A DNA stretch of 62,864 bases, taken from an uncultured bacterium. GTDB lineage: Bacteria > Patescibacteriota > Microgenomatia > UBA1400 > PJMF01. The notes beneath the pieces are model-generated. The model was given only the letters and a program-made list of their open reading frames with translations, made no database searches and was not told the origin of the DNA. Shown here in pieces: positions 41,198 to 52,435 of this stretch; within the stretch, counting starts at the first letter, position 1; every line of letters starts with the position of its first letter. A program made the translations under genes and the position numbers. Location of the stretch: the NCBI GenBank assembly GCA_903959355.1, contig CAJBWJ010000025.1:1-62864 (forward strand), read 5' to 3'.

Positions 41198-41701
41198 TCA
41201 ATTTTGTGGTCCAACAATTGACTCAAGTGGAATCGGTATAAAATCCACATTTTTATTTGCTGATCCCGTTGCCTGAGGAGATTGATTTGTTTGATCTGTT
41301 TGAGTTGGCTGAGAAGATGAAGGAGAAACAAGTGGTGATATTTGCTCTAATTGCCCAGACTCTGTACCAACCAAGTCTTCAAGCGGAGCAATAATATCTA
41401 TCAACACTGGATTGATGTCAGTATTTTTTTTATCAAGAATATAAATAGGAAAATAGCTCAACTCATCAGCTGAATAAATCCTTTTGCCAATAATTCCTTC
41501 GAAAGCAGCTGATTCTAACCTCGGCACAAATGATTTGGCCAAATCCCTCAATTCTGGAGAGACTGAACTTGTTTTAGATGTAGCAAAAATACTAGTCAAA
41601 ATCCATAAAACAACCATCACAAATACCATAATGCCAATCCACAAAAGTTTTTTATTGCGGCGCAGCTTAGCTAGTTGTTTTTGAATGTCACTATTGTTCA
41701 T
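41198..41701 (-). CDS. Single-TM protein at PilP position
   Basis: N-terminal TM; ATGA overlap with pilO-like gene. Confidence 0.6.
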   Translation of the reverse strand: MNNSDIQKQLAKLRRNKKLLWIGIMVFVMVVLWILTSIFATSKTSSVSPELRDLAKSFVPRLESAAFEGIIGKRIYSADELSYFPIYILDKKNTDINPVLIDIIAPLEDLVGTESGQLEQISPLVSPSSSQPTQTDQTNQSPQATGSANKNVDFIPIPLESIVGPQN

Positions 41702-42318
41702 TTGGCATCTTCGTTTAAATAATAAGGTAAATTAACTCTAATAACGGCTGTTAAATTTTTTTGATAGCGATTGCTGCCTAAACTAAAATTAATTTGATCG
41801 ACAATCATCATTCTCCTAGAAAGCATTAACTCATCGATAAATTTACGAATTTTCATATAATCACCAGCCAAATCAACATTAAAAGTTAACAATTGTCTGG
41901 TAGCTTTATCTGAAGTAGCAATTGACAATTCATTTGGCATTGAAGAAATAGTAATTCCTTGAATAACCAAGTCATTTTCACTAGCAATTTTTTCTACTAT
42001 TTTCAGGCTTTCTACTAATTGAGCTTTTTTTGGAATAGCTTCATCAAGTAAATAAAATTGTGAACTAAATTTTTGATACTGACTTTGAGCTGTGTTTAAA
42101 CTAGCTATTTTTTGAGCAAGTTGTTCATCTAGAGTTCTTTTGTCTTCAATTTCTTTGATTAATTCGGACATTGTTTGCAAAGTTGGCTTGATAGCAAAAA
42201 TAGCAAAAAAGATCACTGCAAGAATTGAAAACACCAGCTCCAAAGAAACTCTAGCCACCGGATTCTTGTAGAAATCAAAAAGAGCGTTTTGAATTTGTTC
42301 TTGTCTACTTTTTGGCAT
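41698..42318 (-). CDS. pilO: Type IV pilus assembly protein PilO-like
   Basis: TM, coiled coil, AIP, GDYMKIRKFIDEL...RMMIVDQINF. Confidence 0.8.
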   Translation of the reverse strand: MPKSRQEQIQNALFDFYKNPVARVSLELVFSILAVIFFAIFAIKPTLQTMSELIKEIEDKRTLDEQLAQKIASLNTAQSQYQKFSSQFYLLDEAIPKKAQLVESLKIVEKIASENDLVIQGITISSMPNELSIATSDKATRQLLTFNVDLAGDYMKIRKFIDELMLSRRMMIVDQINFSLGSNRYQKNLTAVIRVNLPYYLNEDAK

Positions 42319-42877
42319 TTAAGTTAATCTTTGATCTAATATCAAAATTAAATCCAGAAGTTTTCTCTCCTCTTGATTCAATTTTATTAACACTGACTTC
42401 AGTAAAATAAGGACTAAGTTGCAAGTTATTAACTAAGACATTTAAAGCAGTTTGCGAAAGAGCTGATCCAGTAAAATTGATTGCATCAGGTCTAACCAGA
42501 AGCGTCTCAAACACAACATTATTTGGAATATTGTCATTTAAGATTGGAAAAATATCTACTAAATTAGAATCTTGTTTAAATTGCTGATAATCATCTATTT
42601 GTTTTTGTATAAAACGAAATTTTTTTTCCAAATCGCCATAAGAAGCAATTACTCTTTCCTTTTGATTGAGGGCTGAATTGAGATCTGTGACCATACGATC
42701 AAGAGTAAAACGCGAAGCGAAACTCAAAATAACAATCATTTCAGTAAAAATAACAATGTAGCGACCAACAGAAAGAGCCCATTTTAAAAAACGACCAAGA
42801 ATAGTCTCAAAAAAAGGATCTTGAGGAACTAGATTGATAGTAATGTCCAATTTCTTATTGGCAGGCCTTTTTGACAT
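42305..42877 (-). CDS. pilN: Type IV pilus assembly protein PilN-like
   Basis: INLVP motif before TM; IPNNV, FTGSA, LQLSPYFTEV. Confidence 0.8.
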   Translation of the reverse strand: MSKRPANKKLDITINLVPQDPFFETILGRFLKWALSVGRYIVIFTEMIVILSFASRFTLDRMVTDLNSALNQKERVIASYGDLEKKFRFIQKQIDDYQQFKQDSNLVDIFPILNDNIPNNVVFETLLVRPDAINFTGSALSQTALNVLVNNLQLSPYFTEVSVNKIESRGEKTSGFNFDIRSKINLNAKK

Positions 42878-42908
42878 CTATGTACATGATAGAGGTTTAA
42901 GTAAATTT

Positions 42909-44615
42909 TTACAATTCATTATTCTCAATAGAATTGTCCAAAAGCACTTCTTCGGAGTCTTCAATGGCTTCTTTCCATTTTCCAAATTTACCCAAAATAT
43001 TGCGGAAATATGTTAACTCTTTAACATCGAAAAGTACGGAAAAATACACATAGACTAGAGTTGCAACACTGGCTGTAGAAACAGTTAAGGCGATCAAATC
43101 AATAGTTTTTGAAGTATCAAAAACTACTTCGTCGAGAATTTTGAAAGGCAAATAAAGGAAAACTGCCATAAAAAAACTAGAGGCTAAAATCTTCATTTGT
43201 GGTATCCAAAACTCTTTATTATTGAAACAAGTTATTTTTTTGTTTAGTAAAAATAAAGATAGAATTAATTCCAAGAAAGCAGCCAATGAAATCGCCATTC
43301 CCAAGCCCAAAACATCAAGTGAAAAAACGTAAACTGAGAGATAGGAAATGATCAAATAAACAGCAGCCGTAATTAAAGTAATAATGAATGGTGTCTTTGT
43401 ATCTTTAAGAGCATGAAAAGCTCTAATTAAAAGCTGGACCATTGCCTGGGCAGTGATCGAAATAGCAATAATTGCTACTACCTTGCCAGTTAATACTGTT
43501 GTTTTCCACGGAAAGTTATAGGTACCAAAAACTAAACGAACAATTGGAACGCGCAAAATCAATAATAAAACTGAAGCTGGCATAGCAAAAAAAGCAATTT
43601 GATTGAGAGACTGAAGTAATAAGCGATTGAATTTATCACGATCCTCCACTGCTGATTCCTCAGATAGAAAAGATAAAGATGCCTGAGAAATTGGCACACC
43701 AAAAAAACGAATTGGCAAAGTCATTAAACGACTTGCTAATTTAACCACCACAAAACTAAGATCACCAATAGTAGTGGCGAAGAAGCCCATCGCTAAGTTT
43801 TGAAACTCAGTAATACCAACCGTTAACAAGCGAGGCGGCATTAAAGAAAAAAGTTTTTTAACTGAAGGAAAATTAAGATTAAAATCTAACTTAAATCTAA
43901 AACCCATTTTCCAAACCAAGGGCAGCTGAACGGCAGTGTGCAAAAAAGCACCAATTAAAACACCCAGCCCAGCAGCATAAATTCCAAAATACTTAGCCAA
44001 AAACACAGTGCCGAGCATAATCCCTAAGTTATAAAAAATTGGAGCAAGAGCTGGAGCCACAAAACGCTGATATGACTGCAAAATTCCAGTTAAAAAGTTT
44101 GAAATAGCAAAGAAAAACTGGGCAAAAAGCATCAAACGAGTTAGCTTGACAGCGATGATGAGTTGGTCTGGAGTAAATTCCTTTCCGGTGCGGAAGCCAG
44201 TAATTTGTTCTGCATAGATAAAAGCCAAAAGAGAAAAAATGAGAAAAATCAAAAGAACCCAATTCATAACAATTGAAGTAAATTGGAAAGCTTGCTTTTC
44301 ATCTTTTTTCTTAAGTTCTGCAAAAAGAGGAATAAAAGAAGCTGCTAAAGCCCCCATCACAATCAATTGAAAGATCATGTCTGGAAGCTGGAAAGCTACC
44401 TGAAAAGCCTCATAAGCTTGTTGAGATGCATTGGTGTTAAAAAATTGATTAATTAGAACTCTTTCACGCCATAAACCAAAAATTGAAGAAAAAACATTAG
44501 CCAAAGTAATAACTACAGCAGCAGAAAGAATAGAATTTTGCTTCTTTTCTAGCCAACGCCCGTTACTGTTGAATATTTTGGCAAGTGAGATCACGATTAA
44601 GAAATTATAATTCAA
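42909..44615 (-). CDS. murJ: Lipid II flippase MurJ (start uncertain, GTG 44594 possible)
   Basis: SIFGLWRE, AFQLPD, GALAASFIP, APIFYN, RAFHALKDTKTP. Confidence 0.92.
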   Translation of the reverse strand: MNYNFLIVISLAKIFNSNGRWLEKKQNSILSAAVVITLANVFSSIFGLWRERVLINQFFNTNASQQAYEAFQVAFQLPDMIFQLIVMGALAASFIPLFAELKKKDEKQAFQFTSIVMNWVLLIFLIFSLLAFIYAEQITGFRTGKEFTPDQLIIAVKLTRLMLFAQFFFAISNFLTGILQSYQRFVAPALAPIFYNLGIMLGTVFLAKYFGIYAAGLGVLIGAFLHTAVQLPLVWKMGFRFKLDFNLNFPSVKKLFSLMPPRLLTVGITEFQNLAMGFFATTIGDLSFVVVKLASRLMTLPIRFFGVPISQASLSFLSEESAVEDRDKFNRLLLQSLNQIAFFAMPASVLLLILRVPIVRLVFGTYNFPWKTTVLTGKVVAIIAISITAQAMVQLLIRAFHALKDTKTPFIITLITAAVYLIISYLSVYVFSLDVLGLGMAISLAAFLELILSLFLLNKKITCFNNKEFWIPQMKILASSFFMAVFLYLPFKILDEVVFDTSKTIDLIALTVSTASVATLVYVYFSVLFDVKELTYFRNILGKFGKWKEAIEDSEEVLLDNSIENNEL

Positions 44616-44667
44616 AAGCCTTTAAAAGCGAAGGGACTAGTAAGGAAGTCAAAGGCTTATCTTTAAC

Positions 44668-44696
44668 TTGCTTAAACCAATTTACTCTAGTATAAT
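44668..44696 (+). promoter_or_regulatory. Sigma70-type promoter of rpsT-lepA
   Basis: TTGCTT-17 bp-TATAAT, 8 nt before ATG 44705. Confidence 0.65.
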
Positions 44697-44704
44697 TGTC
44701 GCTT

Positions 44705-44938
44705 ATGCCGATACTCAAAAACGCAATCAAAGCTCTTAAAGTTAGTAAGAAAAAAGCCATCACTAATGGTCAGATTAAAGCAAAAATGAAATCTGCCGTT
44801 GATGAGATGAAAAAAAGCCCTGCAGCTGATAAGCTAAGTGCTGCTTTTTCCGCAGTTGATCGCGGTGTCAAAAAGAATATTTTACAAAAAAATAAGGCTG
44901 CCCGTATCAAAGCCTCATTGAGTAAATTACTCAAATAA
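44705..44938 (+). CDS. rpsT: 30S ribosomal protein S20
   Basis: MPILKNAIKAL...SAVDRGVKKNILQKNKAARIKASL. Confidence 0.93.
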   Translation: MPILKNAIKALKVSKKKAITNGQIKAKMKSAVDEMKKSPAADKLSAAFSAVDRGVKKNILQKNKAARIKASLSKLLK

Positions 44939-44963
44939 TAATTTGGTCACAAGACCTTTATCC

Positions 44964-46784
44964 ATGATAAACAGTGATCTTTCTTTGATTAGAAATTTTT
45001 CTATCATCGCTCACATAGATCACGGCAAAACAACTTTGACCGATGCTTTTTTGCGTCTTACTGGAGCTGTAACCGCTTTGGATTTTCATGAACGAATGAT
45101 GGACAGTAACCCCATAGAACAAGAAAAAGGCGTTACCATTAAACTCGCTCCTGTGCGCATGAATTACACGCATTTGGGTCAAGAATATATTCTTAATTTA
45201 ATTGATACACCAGGACATGTTGACTTTGGATACGAAGTCGATCGGTCGTTAGCTGCTTGTGAGGGTGCTCTCTTACTTATTGATGCCACTCAAGGAGTGC
45301 AAGCTCAGACTCTCGCCAATTATCAAAAAGCCAAAAATCTTAATCTCAAAATTATTCCTGTCATTAATAAAATTGATTTACCATCAGCCAATGTCGAACA
45401 AAGTATTCTCGAAATTATGGAATTTTTTGATTTAGATGAAGAAGAAGTCTTGATGGTTTCAGCTAAAACTGGTGAAGGTGTCGAAAAAGTTTTGCAAAGA
45501 ATCATTGAAGAAGTTCCAGCACCTGGTAAAAAACTAATTCAAGAAGATCATGATCAAGAAAGCAACAAATTAAGAGCCTTAATTATTACTTCTAAATTTG
45601 ATAATCATCAGGGAGCTATCGCTTACATGCGCGTAGTAAATGGTGAAATTCGTAAAAAAGATTTGTATTTAAGTTTTAGTAAAACTAAATTTTTGCCAGT
45701 CGAAATTGGTATTTTTGCTCCAGAAAAAGAAAAAAGAGATGTTCTCAAGGAAGGCGAAGTCGGCTATATCGCTACCGGTCTCAAAGATATTTCTCTACTT
45801 AAAGTTGGAGATACCATCACTAGTTTTGAAGATAAAGAATTAATCGATGTTCTCCCTGGTTATAAAGAGCCAACTCCAATGGTCTTTATGGAAATTTATC
45901 CAGTTGATAGTAAAGATTTTACCAATCTCAAAGATGCGATGGCCAAATTAACCATGCATGACAGTGCTCTACAATATCAAGGTACTCATTCGATTGCTCT
46001 GGGAAATGGCTTGCGCGTTGGTTTTCTTGGAATCTTCCATGCTGAAATTGTTCGTGAAAGATTGATGAGAGAATTTGATCTAAATTTAATCGCCACTGCT
46101 CCTTCGGTAACTTACCACATTCTGACTACCAATGAAAAAACTATTGAAATTCATTCTCCAGCAGAAATGCCAGATCTGAGTCGTGTCAAAAAAATTCTTG
46201 AGCCAATTGCCAAACTAAGTATTTTTTGTCCAGAAGGCTATGTTTCTAATGTAATGAAACTTTGCCACGACAAGAGAGCTGTCTTGGTTGGCAGTGTTGG
46301 TACCGGCAATCGCATTCGCTTAGAATATTTGATTCCTTTGGCTGAGCTCATTACCGACTTTCACGACAAGCTCAAGTCAGTTACTTCTGGTTTTGCTTCT
46401 ATGGAATATTTACTTTTAGATTTTAGAGAAGTCGATGCTGTCAAAGTAGAAATTTTAGTCAACGGAGAATCTGTGGAAGCACTTAGCTTCATTACTGTTG
46501 CAGATAATGTTGAACTAAAAGCCCGACTAATTGTCAAAAAATTAAAAGAAGTTATTCCTCGCCAATTATTTGAGATACCAATTCAAGCTAGTATTGGTGC
46601 CAAAGTTATCGCTAGAGAAACCATTAAAGCCTGGCGTAAAGACGTTACTGCTAAGCTATATGGTGGAGATCAAACCAGAAAAATGAAGCTGCTTAAAAAG
46701 CAAGCTGAAGGTAAGAAAAAAATGAAATCTATTGGTAGGGTTCAACTCAATCAAGATGCTTTCTTGGCAGTTCTCGAAACTTAA
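44964..46784 (+). CDS. lepA: Elongation factor 4 (LepA)
   Basis: IRNFSIIAHIDHGKTT, DTPGHVDF, NKID, KDVTAKLYGGD, KLLKKQAEGKKKMK. Confidence 0.97.
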   Translation: MINSDLSLIRNFSIIAHIDHGKTTLTDAFLRLTGAVTALDFHERMMDSNPIEQEKGVTIKLAPVRMNYTHLGQEYILNLIDTPGHVDFGYEVDRSLAACEGALLLIDATQGVQAQTLANYQKAKNLNLKIIPVINKIDLPSANVEQSILEIMEFFDLDEEEVLMVSAKTGEGVEKVLQRIIEEVPAPGKKLIQEDHDQESNKLRALIITSKFDNHQGAIAYMRVVNGEIRKKDLYLSFSKTKFLPVEIGIFAPEKEKRDVLKEGEVGYIATGLKDISLLKVGDTITSFEDKELIDVLPGYKEPTPMVFMEIYPVDSKDFTNLKDAMAKLTMHDSALQYQGTHSIALGNGLRVGFLGIFHAEIVRERLMREFDLNLIATAPSVTYHILTTNEKTIEIHSPAEMPDLSRVKKILEPIAKLSIFCPEGYVSNVMKLCHDKRAVLVGSVGTGNRIRLEYLIPLAELITDFHDKLKSVTSGFASMEYLLLDFREVDAVKVEILVNGESVEALSFITVADNVELKARLIVKKLKEVIPRQLFEIPIQASIGAKVIARETIKAWRKDVTAKLYGGDQTRKMKLLKKQAEGKKKMKSIGRVQLNQDAFLAVLET

Positions 46785-46820
46785 ATCTCTTTTCTGTTTA
46801 AAAAACCTCTTTTAAAACAA

Positions 46821-46854
46821 AAAATCCCCCGACCGTTAGATCTGGGGGACTTTC
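46821..46854. terminator. Intrinsic terminator between convergent lepA and SurA-like gene
   Basis: tccccc...ggggga stem with A/T flanks. Confidence 0.6.
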
Positions 46855-46867
46855 TATTTATTTTAAT

Positions 46868-47581
46868 TTAAAGTTGAGTACTTGGAGCAAATTTAAAGTA
46901 ATTTACTTTAGCAGTTTTTTTAATCTCAGCAAACCATTTTTGTTGTTCTGAAACTAATTTCTGTTGCTTAAGTTGAGCTTTAATACTTTCAGAGACATCT
47001 TCTAATTTAGAATCAGCTCCAATTGATACTTTATTTGCTTCAAAATAAGCTTTGACTTCATCATCACTCACTGTGATCTTATCAGCCAAAAGCTTCTCTA
47101 AGCCTTTGCTAAGAGATAGCTGATCTCTAACTTCATTTCTGGTTAGACCTTGAGCTTTAAGCAAATCATCTAGGTTTTGACCTTGAGCTGTCAGCTGTTC
47201 TTCGATTTTAGTGATTTCTGCATCCATTTCTTCTTTTGAAACCACGACTCCAGCTTTCTTGAGTTCTTGTTCAACTAACATCTTGAGAGTCATATTTTCC
47301 AAAGCAGTCGAACCGCCTTGTTTTTCGAGATTTTGGATCAGAGCCCAACGAGTGACAGGACGACCGTTTACACTGGCAACTATGACCTCATCCTTGAACA
47401 AATAAACTAAAGCCAAGATCAATAGAAAGATCAGTGGTTTAATTAGCTTCTTTGGCTCAATTTTCTTTATCACAGAGGGAGCTACTTTTACTGGAGAAAC
47501 TTTAGTAATCACTGGTTTTGCTACAGAACTTTTAGCAACAACTTTTTTAATGTTTTTTTTGTCTGTTTTTTTGACTGACAT
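46868..47581 (-). CDS. SurA N-terminal/PrsA-like foldase lacking a PPIase domain
   Basis: TM then VASVNGRPVT, LVEQE, VSDDEVKAYFE, IKKTAKV. Confidence 0.8.
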   Translation of the reverse strand: MSVKKTDKKNIKKVVAKSSVAKPVITKVSPVKVAPSVIKKIEPKKLIKPLIFLLILALVYLFKDEVIVASVNGRPVTRWALIQNLEKQGGSTALENMTLKMLVEQELKKAGVVVSKEEMDAEITKIEEQLTAQGQNLDDLLKAQGLTRNEVRDQLSLSKGLEKLLADKITVSDDEVKAYFEANKVSIGADSKLEDVSESIKAQLKQQKLVSEQQKWFAEIKKTAKVNYFKFAPSTQL

Positions 47582-47689
47582 TTTTCCTCTCTAATTCAAT
47601 TATTGATTTCAACCTGGTCATAACATAACAAATTTTAGAAGAAAATCAAAGTAGGAAACAATAGCTTGGTGTTATAATTAGAATGAAAT

Positions 47690-48328
47690 ATGCCTAATCA
47701 AGCCAAACACCACTCAAAAAGAAAAGTTGATGACTATTCTGATGTGATGAAACACGAGCATACAACTGGCAACTTTTTTAAAGCTTTTATTCCCAAGCCT
47801 CAAAATATTGTTTTAGATATTCAAGACAAAGATGAACAAATTATTCTCGTATTGAGACAACATCTAATCACTCAGGTCAGAGAATTATTTATTATTCTTG
47901 GAGTGATCGTTCTGATCCCTGCTCTTTTAAGTTTCTCTGGTTTTTTGGGGGTACTACCTCTTAAATTTATTGGAGCATTCAATATTTTTTGGCTAGTACT
48001 TGCCTTTGGCATGATTGCCAAAACATTCTTGATTTGGTTTTTCAATGTTTACATTATCACTGATGAAAGAGTAATTGATGTTGACTTCACTTCAATGATT
48101 TCTCACGATGTCAGTAGTGCTAAAATTGAAAATATTGAAGACGTTACAGCTAGCACGGCTGGACCACTCGCAGCTGTTTTTGACTATGGAACGATTTTAA
48201 TTCAAACAGCTGGAGAAAAAACTGTGTTTGAATTTGGCAATGTGCCTCAACCATCAAAGGTTACAAAATTACTTAACGAATTGATATTAGAAGAAGAAAG
48301 AGAAAATTTAGCAGGTAGAGCTAATTAA
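47690..48328 (+). CDS. Membrane protein with bacterial PH (bPH_2-like) domain
   Basis: Two TM; YIITDERVID, IEDV, FDYGTILIQTAG. Confidence 0.8.
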   Translation: MPNQAKHHSKRKVDDYSDVMKHEHTTGNFFKAFIPKPQNIVLDIQDKDEQIILVLRQHLITQVRELFIILGVIVLIPALLSFSGFLGVLPLKFIGAFNIFWLVLAFGMIAKTFLIWFFNVYIITDERVIDVDFTSMISHDVSSAKIENIEDVTASTAGPLAAVFDYGTILIQTAGEKTVFEFGNVPQPSKVTKLLNELILEEERENLAGRAN

Positions 48329-48342
48329 GGAAAATTAGACTT

Positions 48343-48564
48343 ATGACTGATATTTTTAGCCTAGACTGGACACAAATTATTCTCAAACTTATTTTTGTGG
48401 TAGCTGCTCTTTTCTATTTAGTTTACAGTTTTATTATGTTACGCCAAGTACAGTTGATGAAAAAAACACTCATCACCAGCTTCTCCTCTAGCGTAAATTT
48501 ACTTGGTTTTGCCAACTTTTTACTTGCTCTAGCAATGTTTATTGGCTTCATCATGTTTTTGTAA
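48343..48564 (+). CDS. Small two-TM protein (DUF5657-like)
   Basis: YSFIMLRQVQLMKKTL pattern; AAGGA upstream. Confidence 0.6.
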   Translation: MTDIFSLDWTQIILKLIFVVAALFYLVYSFIMLRQVQLMKKTLITSFSSSVNLLGFANFLLALAMFIGFIMFL

Positions 48565-48600
48565 ACTAGCCGCCTTTTCTTAATTACTAAAAATCCACCA

Positions 48601-48630
48601 AAAAATACCGGCTCGAACCGGTTTCTTTTT
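48601..48630 (-). terminator. Terminator downstream of 5S rRNA
   Basis: accggttcgagccggt hairpin followed by T-run on minus strand. Confidence 0.6.
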
Positions 48631-48668
48631 GTTTTAAAAAGGGTAATTTGGCGTAAAAAAACGCTTAA

Positions 48669-48787
48669 TTCTGGCCTCGACCTATCTTTGCAGGGGGAGA
48701 ACCCCCAACTATTGTCAGCGCTGAAGCGTTTCAAGACTCTGTTCGGGATGGGAAGAGTTGGTACCACCTCGCTCTGGAGACCAGAAT
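48669..48787 (-). rRNA. rrf: 5S rRNA
   Basis: Minus strand contains ccatcccgaac and gccgacaatag-like 5S segments; terminal ctgg/ccag helix. Confidence 0.9.
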
Positions 48788-48974
48788 TAAACGTTTTTAG
48801 ACGCACGTGTACTGCGATTTGTTCGCGGTGCACAAATAATATGTTAATTAGCGATTTTTGTTCGCTAATAAGTGAAGCTAACTGCTTTATATCGAAATAT
48901 AAAGGTTAGTAGTAAAAGATAAATCTTCCACTACTAACCTACTCAATAAGACCTTTGAAAGAACTGATAAATAT

Positions 48975-51898
<2,924 letters not shown>

Positions 51899-51988
51899 AT
51901 ATTTATCATTGAAATGTTCTCTTTACTCAGTCTATTGAGTAACAGTTAGTTTATGGCCTAAATAAATTAGACCATAAAGTTTCTTCAC

Positions 51989-52001
51989 TTATTAAAGAAC
52001 A
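51989..52001 (-). promoter_or_regulatory. boxA antitermination-like site upstream of 23S
   Basis: TGTTCTTTAATAA on minus strand. Confidence 0.6.
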
Positions 52002-52125
52002 AATTTGATACTTGGATTATCTCCAAACATCAAAGTCTAGCAATTTGCTAGTTATTAGTCTCTAGAAATTCCGGAAGGAAAATCCAAAGTCTAATAAGCA
52101 GCAAACAGCTTATATATAGTTTACT

Positions 52126-52202
52126 TGGTGGACCCTAAGGGGCTCGAACCCTTGGCCTCCACATTGCAAATGTGGCGCTCTAGCCAACTGAGCTAAGGGC
52201 CC
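52126..52202 (-). tRNA. tRNA-Ala(UGC)
   Basis: 77-nt cloverleaf GGGCCCT...TTTGCAA...TTCGAGC...AGGGTCCACCA; G3:U70 pair; encoded CCA. Confidence 0.97.
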
Positions 52203-52383
52203 TTGCTTTAGTAAACTTGTTGTTCAATTTAACGTGCTAAAAAACAATAAAATACTCTTAATACTTTCTTGTTCTTCTTTTTTAGCCTTAAAAGGCAATT
52301 ATCTTGGACGGAGGGAATCCTAAATCGGATTGTCGCGTAGTCTCTTGTAGGCCTATCCCGAGAAGCCTTAGAGACAAAGAGTG

Positions 52384-52411
52384 ATTATATATTTTTTATA
52401 AGTGATTTCAA
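52384..52411 (-). promoter_or_regulatory. Promoter of tRNA-Ala/23S/5S unit
   Basis: TTGAAA-16 bp-TATAAT on minus strand. Confidence 0.7.
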
Positions 52412-52435
52412 GAGGGAGTTTTGTGCAAACAACCC

